Positions 44,405-52,636 of a stretch of DNA of 64,000 nt are shown piece after piece. The notes under the pieces were generated by a model that was not told where the DNA came from, did not search any database, and saw only the letters and a program-made list of their open reading frames with translations. Origin of the DNA: an uncultured virus (IMG/VR IMGVR_UViG_3300021185_003028) (taxonomy: Duplodnaviria > Heunggongvirae > Uroviricota > Caudoviricetes); IMG/VR virus record IMGVR_UViG_3300021185_003028; one strand, written 5' to 3'. The position numbers were made by a program, and so were the translations under genes. How positions within the stretch are numbered: the stretch's first letter is position 1; every line of letters starts with the position of its first letter.

Positions 44405-45837
44405 CAGAACCACACTTTGTCCTTGTCTGACTCGCTGTCACTATCGTCTTCGATAGGCTCTTCGGGTGTTTCCTCTTCGTCGATTTCATCCTCAGCATCC
44501 TCTTCGTCAGCCTTGCCTTTGTTGATTGCCAATTTTGGAGAGAGATAGAATTGGTCAGCCGCCTCTGCTTCATTCAACATCTCATAGCCCAACATTTTTC
44601 GAGCCTCGTTGATGCTGATGACTCCTTCTTGACGAAGGGATGCAATTGCTTGACCTTGACTCTTTACGACCTCAGCCATCACCTTCTCTTTGGATGGGCG
44701 TATCGTGTTGAACTTGAACATATAATCCGTCACTTCCAAGAGAGGGAGTATGCGATAATTGATGAGTCCCTCGATGCGCTTATGGTACGATTCCACTACA
44801 TCATACCAAGCCTCTAACTGCTGTTCAGGGTTGCTCATTTTTCCTGTTTGAACCCATCCCAATTTCATTGGAGGGATGCCGAATACAGCACAGATTTCCT
44901 CTCGATAGTAGTACAACAGGTCGAGGTGCTGACCGTCCTTAATCGAGTCGATAAGTCTGTGTGTTTGGAAACCTGAGCCACCGTTCACAGCCACCAATCC
45001 AAACGGAGATTTGCCACCGCTCAATTGTTGCTCAAGCATGGCGAGCATGGTCTTCATCTCGCTGTTGCTCACATCTCCAACATTGAGAATCGTCTTCGGC
45101 AGTGTTCCTGTGAATTGCTCGTTGATGTAATTGCTCAGGTTCATGTGGCCTGCTATCGTCGCCAATAGGGGCGTGAGAGGTGAAGTTCCGTAACCTCTGT
45201 CCGTTTTGTACTTGGCAATGTGGAGCAATTTGTTGGCGGCGAACCGTCGGGTGTCGCCGCTGAGATTTTGCACATACGCCATCTCAGGGGCAGGTGGCAG
45301 TCGTGGGTTGGGAATGATTTCAACATCAGTCGCACTGACATTCCAAATGGACGCTAATTTGCCTCCAAAGACCCAATCCTCGCCATCGTTTGATGATTTG
45401 TCGGCCGTGCCATCCAATTCGAGATAAGCGTCCCCGTAGAGCGTTAAATCGTACACGAGAGACTCAAGCCACTCGTCGCCCATGTCTTCGGGGTTTGGCA
45501 TTTTGAAGAACATTCGTAACTTCTGTAAATCGGCAGGGTTGCCTCTATCGACTCCGTCAGCCAAGTCAAACCTGTATCCGTTGCCGAGTACATCGTCCAC
45601 AGTCCTGCGTAGGATAGCGGCAATCACTTCGGACTTATTGCTTATTTCACGAATCAGAGAATAGGAGACGCCCGTAGCCGCACCGATGGTCTTGCCCGTC
45701 CGCTTATCGACAGAGGTCATTTCACCGATGCGGGATAACGAGGCAAGGGCCTTCAAATCAACCTGCATGGTGTCATCGGAGGGGGTTGTACCTCTTCCTC
45801 TGAATAGCCCAAACCTACGCTTACGCTCGCCTGCCAT
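44404..45837 (-). CDS. Portal protein
   Basis: PNP, DLTLYGDAY, GYGTSP, ICAVFGIPPMKLG, ISINEARKMLG. Confidence 0.92.
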   Translation of the reverse strand: MAGERKRRFGLFRGRGTTPSDDTMQVDLKALASLSRIGEMTSVDKRTGKTIGAATGVSYSLIREISNKSEVIAAILRRTVDDVLGNGYRFDLADGVDRGNPADLQKLRMFFKMPNPEDMGDEWLESLVYDLTLYGDAYLELDGTADKSSNDGEDWVFGGKLASIWNVSATDVEIIPNPRLPPAPEMAYVQNLSGDTRRFAANKLLHIAKYKTDRGYGTSPLTPLLATIAGHMNLSNYINEQFTGTLPKTILNVGDVSNSEMKTMLAMLEQQLSGGKSPFGLVAVNGGSGFQTHRLIDSIKDGQHLDLLYYYREEICAVFGIPPMKLGWVQTGKMSNPEQQLEAWYDVVESYHKRIEGLINYRILPLLEVTDYMFKFNTIRPSKEKVMAEVVKSQGQAIASLRQEGVISINEARKMLGYEMLNEAEAADQFYLSPKLAINKGKADEEDAEDEIDEEETPEEPIEDDSDSESDKDKVWF

Positions 45838-45875
45838 GACCCTCACTTGGGCCACAGGTTCTAAACGCTGTCGGC

Positions 45876-46103
45876 TCAGGGCCAATAAACGACAGGCCCA
45901 CTATCTTCACACTTGGCATCCCATTCTCTGAATGCTTCTTGCGTTGAAATGATAATCCACTCGTCGCTTATATCGGGGTCAATTTTGACTTCGACAGGGT
46001 AGCCAATCGTTCTTTCAGGCATAAACCAAAGTGTTCGTTCTTTCATGTCTGCTACAAACAGGCACGCTTCTGTTATCGGCATGAGTCGCTTTTGCTTCGT
46101 CAT
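45876..46103 (-). CDS. Small hypothetical protein
   Basis: Own TTATATAGG promoter. Confidence 0.65.
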   Translation of the reverse strand: MTKQKRLMPITEACLFVADMKERTLWFMPERTIGYPVEVKIDPDISDEWIIISTQEAFREWDAKCEDSGPVVYWP

Positions 46104-46141
46104 GTTTTACCCTATGGGTCTCCCCTATATAACAGTATCGC

Positions 46142-46282
46142 CTATTGTTCTGTTGAGGAGGCGTCGGACTTTTCCGATTGCCTGCCACAGCATGTCAGGG
46201 TATGCGCCCATACATGAGACGCAAATAGACAGTCAAAACATACTTGTATTTCTTCGGGTTGGGCTTCATTATTTTTCGCCAT
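46142..46282 (-). CDS. 46 aa Cys-containing protein MAKNNEAQPEEIQVCFDC...
   Basis: Below the ORF-track cutoff; own promoter. Confidence 0.55.
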   Translation of the reverse strand: MAKNNEAQPEEIQVCFDCLFASHVWAHTLTCCGRQSEKSDASSTEQ

Positions 46283-46320
46283 GATATAGCCTATAAGTCA
46301 CACCTATATAAGTGTATCGA

Positions 46321-46683
46321 CTATTCTTCTTGAGGGAGTATGGCGTGAGTCTTTTCCATCTCCATTTCGTGCTCGTGTTGAGCGGCGTTGCGCTCTAACT
46401 CGTGCTTCAATTTGAGTTCGGCTAACTTGCCATCGGTCTCAGCGTTCGGTGTCATTAACTGAATGTCGGTCGTGGTCTCCTGCTTGAATAGGTCGAGTAG
46501 GTTAGTGATAATGAGCAGTGCAGGCCCACCCACGATACCAATAACAGTCAATTGATTCTCGGTGATTTCAATGCCATTAACGACGCTCTGATACACGGCC
46601 AATGAAGCAAATGATACCCATGCCAAAACGATAGGTACAGAGACGAACCAAAACAGGTTCTTAGTGCTTGATTTTCCTTTCAT
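46321..46683 (-). CDS. Two-transmembrane-helix membrane protein, holin-like candidate
   Basis: LFWFVSVPIVLAWVSFASLAV and LTVIGIVGGPALLII; structural-class promoter. Confidence 0.6.
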   Translation of the reverse strand: MKGKSSTKNLFWFVSVPIVLAWVSFASLAVYQSVVNGIEITENQLTVIGIVGGPALLIITNLLDLFKQETTTDIQLMTPNAETDGKLAELKLKHELERNAAQHEHEMEMEKTHAILPQEE

Positions 46684-46708
46684 GTTATCCCTCTTAGTAA
46701 CTCGTGGT

Positions 46709-46972
46709 TCATAACGCCATCGGGACGCCGATTGAGGCGGTGATGGAGGTGAGGGCGATGAGGAGGATTCTGTTGATTGCAGAGCCGATTTGGGCTTGTA
46801 GTTCGGCCTTGAAGTCCATAAGGTCGTCAATATCCCGACGAGCCTCAGTCTGTTCTTTTTTAATGTCTTCAATGTCCTGTGCAATGTGAGCGAGATGGTT
46901 GTCCCGAATGACAGCAACATCATGTCGAAGCCCTTTAAGCATCTCAAGTAGAACCGACTCAGCATCCGCCAT
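46709..46972 (-). CDS. Coiled-coil protein with C-terminal transmembrane helix
   Basis: IRDNHLAHIAQDI coiled coil, ILLIALTSITASIGV; structural-class promoter. Confidence 0.65.
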   Translation of the reverse strand: MADAESVLLEMLKGLRHDVAVIRDNHLAHIAQDIEDIKKEQTEARRDIDDLMDFKAELQAQIGSAINRILLIALTSITASIGVPMAL

Positions 46973-47039
46973 GATTTACCCAATAATGAAAGGAGGTTTA
47001 AGAGCATGATTGCCACGATGAATATGACCGTCGAGTACA

Positions 47040-48566
47040 TCATCGACCGCCAAAAGTTCTCATCTCAGGTACGCCGCCACCATCACCAATCTCCACTGCG
47101 AGTCTCGCATACAACAGGGCGTGGAATGCGTGGTCGTCACCGTCTCTTCCGTACTTGGTCAGGGTCTGACCTCGGACAGGGCGAGTGTTCTTCTCATCAT
47201 TTTCCATTGACGATGTGAGACAGCACCACTCATGGGCGACCCAAGCAAGTGATTCGTCTCGATAGGGCAGGGAGACCTCTCGATTCTTGATTGCCTCAAT
47301 CGTCTGTTCGACATAGGTCGTTCTATCGACGACGCACATGAAAATTAGGTTGCGATTGTTGTCTCGCTTCTTGTACTCGTAGGGCGTCATTGGCCGAGAA
47401 GAGTAGTAGCAGGAGCGGACACGGTCGCCGAACTCGGCTTGCAGTTCCTTGACCTGCCGAGCACCATATCCAATGTCACAGACGACCTGTACGCAGTTAT
47501 AATCGACAATCATTTTGCTGATTTCAGCGACCTCGTCTTGCTCACCTGTCTCTCGTGAATCCAATTTGCGGGCATCGAGTATGTTGCCCTTATTGTCCGT
47601 GATAACCACAGTGGTCTCTCTTCCCCAATCGACGCCCATGAACGACTCGTTCGGAGGTGTGACGCTCTTGACAATGTCCTTTTCCCTATCGAGAACAGGC
47701 AACACCTCGTCGAATGTTAGCGGCTTCGTAGCACCTGCGAAGAACTCACCGAGCACTTCGTTGGAGAATCGTCGAGGGCCGTATGTCTCCTTCTTTTGGG
47801 CTATGTCTTTGGCTGTAATATCGGGGTGCATAGTCTGTGATATGTGATAGCCAATGATGCCTGCTTTAGTGCCTCCGTGTACCCAAGACTCGGACTCACT
47901 ATCCCATTCACCCTTCGTGGATTTTTCCCATAATTTCCAGAACTCTGACCCCTGCTCACGGGCTGTTCCCGACACGACGACCCACTTGTAGTCTGACTGA
48001 GCGAGCATCTCAACCAACATCGGCAGTATGTCTCCGCCACTGTCCTGATACTCGTCGATGCAACACAAATCGGCCTCGATACCCAAGAGGGCGTGAGCAT
48101 CTCCCCAATTCGAGTAGGAGTACAGGTGATTCGGAGTCTTCGCTCCTACATCGAATGATTGGTGGCTCACGGATGCCTTCGTCCGTGCCTTCATCAAGCA
48201 TCCACCGTTGATTGACCCCATCATAGCCCCATTGAGCCTCTCCTCGACGAATCTCGTCACTTGGGGCTGTCGGGGGGCTGTATAGACGGCGTTGAAGTAA
48301 GGTATGTTCAGGAGGCCGTAGAGGAGTAGGTTGCATATCGTCTCGGTCTTCTCGACCTTGCGACTGCACTTGAGTACAATCATTTTCGTACTGTCGCTCT
48401 TCTGAGTCGCTCCGAAGTGCCTGTAAATCTCAGTGAGGTACGGTCGGGCATCGAGCCTGAACGGCTTGCCGTCAATCGTGCGAAAGTAGCACGACCAACG
48501 GTCAGGGTACAGGGCAATCTCTCGTGCTTGCTCGGCCGTCAATTGGCCCGTCTTAGCATCCGCCAT
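47040..48566 (-). CDS. terL: Terminase large subunit
   Basis: Walker A variant KCSRKVEKT, CCIDEYQD, SGTA coupling motif, GVDWG, DDHAFHALLYA. Confidence 0.88.
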   Translation of the reverse strand: MADAKTGQLTAEQAREIALYPDRWSCYFRTIDGKPFRLDARPYLTEIYRHFGATQKSDSTKMIVLKCSRKVEKTETICNLLLYGLLNIPYFNAVYTAPRQPQVTRFVEERLNGAMMGSINGGCLMKARTKASVSHQSFDVGAKTPNHLYSYSNWGDAHALLGIEADLCCIDEYQDSGGDILPMLVEMLAQSDYKWVVVSGTAREQGSEFWKLWEKSTKGEWDSESESWVHGGTKAGIIGYHISQTMHPDITAKDIAQKKETYGPRRFSNEVLGEFFAGATKPLTFDEVLPVLDREKDIVKSVTPPNESFMGVDWGRETTVVITDNKGNILDARKLDSRETGEQDEVAEISKMIVDYNCVQVVCDIGYGARQVKELQAEFGDRVRSCYYSSRPMTPYEYKKRDNNRNLIFMCVVDRTTYVEQTIEAIKNREVSLPYRDESLAWVAHEWCCLTSSMENDEKNTRPVRGQTLTKYGRDGDDHAFHALLYARLAVEIGDGGGVPEMRTFGGR

Positions 48567-48608
48567 ACCCTATGAGGGGCAGGCGGGGTTTGAAACCGTT
48601 GCGGGTGT

Positions 48609-48998
48609 TCAATGTTGGTGTCCGCACCCGCAGGTTGGTTCGGGTTGGCGTCGAATGAATCGCCATAGGCGAGCCGCCTTCGCTTGAATCCACCACCACT
48701 TCTCGCTGATTGCGTTGTTGATAGTGTAGTAAAGGCCATACTTGAGGTAAAAGTGAGCCTCAAATGCACGCCATCGGCAAGGTATTCCGAATAGGCTACA
48801 ACGGTCTTTGTCACAGCACATCGTCTTGCCATCGTCTTCGTCAATCATGCCGACCCAATGAAACATCGGATATTCCTTATACACCAAATCGACTTCTTCG
48901 GCATCTGAAAGGTCGTAGCCCATTCCGTTGTTGATGTAGGAAGGGTTTGATGGGCCTATGTAGCCGTCACCGACTGTGTAGTATGGTTCTTCGTGCAT
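48609..48998 (-). CDS. Hypothetical protein
   Basis: Promoter plus AGAGGCGAA leader before MHEEPY. Confidence 0.6.
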   Translation of the reverse strand: MHEEPYYTVGDGYIGPSNPSYINNGMGYDLSDAEEVDLVYKEYPMFHWVGMIDEDDGKTMCCDKDRCSLFGIPCRWRAFEAHFYLKYGLYYTINNAISEKWWWIQAKAARLWRFIRRQPEPTCGCGHQH

Positions 48999-49057
48999 GT
49001 TATTCGCCTCTGTTCTATCGTAGTAGCCTGTCCTATATAACCGTGTCGGTGAAAGAC

Positions 49058-49663
49058 TCAGCCCCATTGAATACCGTATCGCTTTGCACAGATTGGGCCG
49101 ACGCCTGCAACCAATGAGCGGTCGTCAGTCAATGTGCGAGAGCAAAGACAGCAGTTCCCTGACTTCTTGCCGTAGGAGAGGACATAGGTCTCGATTCCCG
49201 TAGCAACCATATCGTCAAGAATAGCCTGTGCGCCCATTTTGTAGTAGCCGTCACGAGCAACCAAGTGACCGACAGGAGTGACCTTGCCGACATACTTGCC
49301 GTTGCACTTGACATAGATGTGGTCAGGGTTCTTGCCGTGAGCGGGGGCGAGATAAAGTGTGGTTGTCAATCGACCGACTGTGAAAGTCATGCGAGCCTTC
49401 TTGAGGTCGGCCTTCTTCATGAATTGAACGACTTCGATGTAGTCACCTTCGTCGTCGGATTCGTATGCCATAGGGTCTGATTCCTTGTGTGCGGCTTCTG
49501 TGGATAACTTGACAGCCCATGTAGTCTGTTTTGGGCTGAGTGTGCCTTTGGTCTCAAATTGACGCATCATCGAGGTCACGAAGTTCCCTGTGAGGTTGCC
49601 TTCGCTAACTTGGTATGCCATCATGTCGTATGCTTCTTGGGGGGTATGGGTCTTGTCTGCCAT
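49058..49663 (-). CDS. DUF6011-like zinc-finger protein
   Basis: CCLCSRTLTDDRSLVAGVGPICAKR; N-terminal LSPKQ motif. Confidence 0.75.
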   Translation of the reverse strand: MADKTHTPQEAYDMMAYQVSEGNLTGNFVTSMMRQFETKGTLSPKQTTWAVKLSTEAAHKESDPMAYESDDEGDYIEVVQFMKKADLKKARMTFTVGRLTTTLYLAPAHGKNPDHIYVKCNGKYVGKVTPVGHLVARDGYYKMGAQAILDDMVATGIETYVLSYGKKSGNCCLCSRTLTDDRSLVAGVGPICAKRYGIQWG

Positions 49664-49701
49664 GTTCTATCGTAGGGTATTCCCCTATATAAGAGTGCCT
49701 A

Positions 49702-49992
49702 TCAAAGGTTCTCATTTAGCAATTTCAGGTCATGAGGTGGCTGAGGTACAATAGCCCAAAACAGCCCACAGCCTGCGTTAGGAAGCCTCCCGCACACCAC
49801 TACTACATTCGGCCAGTCAGTCCCGTCGCCGAGCGTCAGAGCGTCCACAGGGCCTTTACGGCCACAGTTCGGACATGATTCGTATGTTCCAGTTCCCGTG
49901 ACAGTGACTTTCCGAGAATCGACACCCATCTCTTCGCTCGTAGGAGCAATGACCGCCAGTGGAATCTTCTTGTTCAACAACCATCGTGTCAT
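49702..49992 (-). CDS. Zinc-ribbon protein
   Basis: CPNCG...C...GCG; ATGA-coupled. Confidence 0.65.
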   Translation of the reverse strand: MTRWLLNKKIPLAVIAPTSEEMGVDSRKVTVTGTGTYESCPNCGRKGPVDALTLGDGTDWPNVVVVCGRLPNAGCGLFWAIVPQPPHDLKLLNENL

Positions 49993-50162
49993 TGAGTATC
50001 GACTCCGATAATGTGACCACACTCAGCACACCACATACGAGGAGTCCCGTCTGTGTACTGCTTGATTTTGGCATTGACAAATCCAGTCTGAGTGTATGGA
50101 TTGACTGTGCAAACACCGTGAATTGGTGCTTGGCATCCTTCGGGGCAAACGAGTAAAGTCAT
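49989..50162 (-). CDS. 57 aa zinc-ribbon protein MTLLVCPEGC...WCAECGH
   Basis: Manual translation; ATGA overlaps at both ends. Confidence 0.6.
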   Translation of the reverse strand: MTLLVCPEGCQAPIHGVCTVNPYTQTGFVNAKIKQYTDGTPRMWCAECGHIIGVDTQ

Positions 50163-50335
50163 ACACGCTCATGCTCCGTCATATCACCCTTGCCGTGTTG
50201 AGAGAGCCTTAGAATAACCGCTCTGTTGATGCAGGGTGAACACACCGTAGCGGAGATGCCGAATGCTGATACTGATTGCGAACCTCTGCTGTAAAGGGCC
50301 TTGCCCTCTATGCCGCACATATCACACTTGCTCAT
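50159..50335 (-). CDS. 58 aa zinc-finger protein MSKCDMCG...VCSPC
   Basis: Manual translation; ATGA overlaps at both ends. Confidence 0.6.
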   Translation of the reverse strand: MSKCDMCGIEGKALYSRGSQSVSAFGISATVCSPCINRAVILRLSQHGKGDMTEHERV

Positions 50336-51390
50336 TCAACCACCCGCACATAGATTTTGGTTAGGAGGGCCTGTTGCTTCTCGCTCATTTTGAATCCGTG
50401 TTGGATTCGGTCTTGCATTTGCTTGACGAAGTTCGTTTCCCATTCATTGAGAGTGCTGAACGACGAGGATGCGATAATATCGTCCGCAGGGTTAGGCTCA
50501 GGGCCACCGTTTCGCTCGTTCTCCATGATGAGGTCAAGGAAGTCTTTGTTGCCGTAGCGGAGGCCGCTGAGGCCATACTTGCGAATGTTGATTTCAACCG
50601 TGCCAATGCGACTTGCTTGGTCAGTGTTCAACCATCCCAAATCAGCCTGCTTTTCAGCCATGCTTCTGAATCGGGTCGCCTCCATAGCCTTGCGGCTTGC
50701 CGTGAGCGTGACGACTGCTGAGGTCGTGCTGAATGGTGCGTGCATCTCCTTGAATCGCTTCAATTCCATGACTCGGTTAGCGTTAGCCGCATCGAGGTCA
50801 ATGCTCTTGAACCATTCAAAGGTCGAAGTCTTCTGAGAGATGTAGCCTCGCTTGGTTAGCATTCGGAACGCTCGCTTGGCGTATCCCACCGTTGTCTTCT
50901 CATAGAGCCAATCGTTGTCGATAACCCCGTTGATGTACTCGATTGCTTTTGCACCGTAGTCGAGGTTGAACTTGGCTTTGAAGAAGCGGTCTTTCGCTTC
51001 GCCCATTTTGATTTTCAAGAAGTCTTTCTTGGCATCACCTGTCAGTCCCTCGACGCCGTCAGTCACGATTTCAATGTGCTTATACACACATTCGTTCCCG
51101 ACCACGACTTCTCGTCCTTGCACATCGTCAGAGATGTAGCAGGCTTCCCTGATGTGGTCTTTGCCGCACAGGTAACAATTCCCATGCGAGGTCTTCAAGA
51201 ACTCTGAGCGGTCGTATCTCCAATCAGACATGAAGTCGTCATAGACTCGGATAGAGTCGTCAGGAGCGACGATTCGTGAGATGTTGGCGAGGTTGATGAC
51301 CACACGCTTTTCATGCGGTTGAACGCCTCGTATGAGGTTCTCTTTGACCTGCTCAGGCAGTTCGCCGTCGTAGAGTCGTGCGCCGTCCAT
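50332..51390 (-). CDS. Hypothetical protein with Zn-binding motif
   Basis: CYLCGKDHI...VGNECV; C-terminal WETNFV...MSEKQ. Confidence 0.7.
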   Translation of the reverse strand: MDGARLYDGELPEQVKENLIRGVQPHEKRVVINLANISRIVAPDDSIRVYDDFMSDWRYDRSEFLKTSHGNCYLCGKDHIREACYISDDVQGREVVVGNECVYKHIEIVTDGVEGLTGDAKKDFLKIKMGEAKDRFFKAKFNLDYGAKAIEYINGVIDNDWLYEKTTVGYAKRAFRMLTKRGYISQKTSTFEWFKSIDLDAANANRVMELKRFKEMHAPFSTTSAVVTLTASRKAMEATRFRSMAEKQADLGWLNTDQASRIGTVEINIRKYGLSGLRYGNKDFLDLIMENERNGGPEPNPADDIIASSSFSTLNEWETNFVKQMQDRIQHGFKMSEKQQALLTKIYVRVVE

Positions 51391-51684
51391 TCAGTCGTCC
51401 TCCGTGATAATGTCAGGGTCAGCGACTTCGTGATTCAAAGTCCATTCGACACGAACACGCTCGTTCCCACTTGGAGTCAAACCGTTCTTCGTCGCTTTGG
51501 CAATAATGACATCACCGTCACGCTTCATTTGCTTGAGCACGAATGCCATTTGCCTCGGAGTTCTTCGGTGGCCTTGAGCGACGACAGGGTTCACGACTTC
51601 GGCGATTGTTGCGCTCGTCATCGGTCGGCTGTCAGCCATTAGTCGTTCTCGGATTGCCGCTCTTAACTTCTTGGGGATTTTCAT
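51391..51684 (-). CDS. Putative winged helix-turn-helix protein
   Basis: PMTSATIAE...TPRQMAFVLKQMKRDGDV. Confidence 0.6.
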   Translation of the reverse strand: MKIPKKLRAAIRERLMADSRPMTSATIAEVVNPVVAQGHRRTPRQMAFVLKQMKRDGDVIIAKATKNGLTPSGNERVRVEWTLNHEVADPDIITEDD

Positions 51685-51739
51685 ATTTGTTCGCCTCTGT
51701 TCTATCCGAAGGGGTTTCTATACTTAAATGTTCTCCAAG

Positions 51740-52636
51740 TTATAGATGCTTGATAGTCGTCTTACACGCCTTGCAGGCGAACGACACATCAGGCTGTCCG
51801 TCGGGACATTGAGCCTTAGCGAGACCCAATATAACCCTTTGCCCGCACTTGGCGCATCGAATCATTTCAACCCAATAATTGCTATTCCCGTAGGAAGTAG
51901 GAGCACGGGTATCGAGGTACGGTTCAACCTTGCTATACACCTCTTCGACAGCCTCTTCGTGCGCCGTTTCGTCTGTCTCATAACCGTAAGCGAAGAAGAA
52001 TTGAGAATCGAACATGCGAAGTTCACCTGATACGATTTTCTCGCCATGCACCGTATAGTCATAGGTGACACCGCTGTACTTGACGGGCTTGTGATGTGAT
52101 GGAAGAAGACCTGCATCAATGTCCGTTAGGTATGACATTTTGTCTTCAACGCAACACAGAATCCTGACCACTTCGTTGTCAAAAGTGGTTGATTCGTAGC
52201 ACAGAGCCAACGCCGCTCTAAGGGTTATCTCGTTCAATAGGTAATGGTCGTGTCCCCACTTTTCGGGATGGATGACCTCGATTGACCCGTCATCGGGTGT
52301 GTTCATTATTTTCAAAGCCGTCTGAAATCCCTCTTTCGGTGGCACTGCTTTGACTGCCACTCTAAACAGGTTGGGGCTATCAATCGGAGATAGGTGCAAC
52401 ACGACAGGGATAGAATCGGTTCTCCATATCACTGCAAGTGGGTTCATGTCGTCCTCAACATCACTAACCAATTCAACGATTGAAGTCAGGTCTCCCGAAG
52501 AGAAGCACGAACTCGTGCCATCAACGAGTCGTTGAAGTAGGTCATCGTGACTCTCAAAGAAAGTCTCATCAATGCCATCTCTAAGGTAGAACTTGCCACC
52601 TCTGTCATCGTGTATTCGGCTTCGTAGGAGGTTCAT
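51740..52636 (-). CDS. Hypothetical protein with C-terminal zinc ribbon
   Basis: CAKCG...CKAC; ATGA-coupled to the VWA gene. Confidence 0.7.
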   Translation of the reverse strand: MNLLRSRIHDDRGGKFYLRDGIDETFFESHDDLLQRLVDGTSSCFSSGDLTSIVELVSDVEDDMNPLAVIWRTDSIPVVLHLSPIDSPNLFRVAVKAVPPKEGFQTALKIMNTPDDGSIEVIHPEKWGHDHYLLNEITLRAALALCYESTTFDNEVVRILCCVEDKMSYLTDIDAGLLPSHHKPVKYSGVTYDYTVHGEKIVSGELRMFDSQFFFAYGYETDETAHEEAVEEVYSKVEPYLDTRAPTSYGNSNYWVEMIRCAKCGQRVILGLAKAQCPDGQPDVSFACKACKTTIKHL

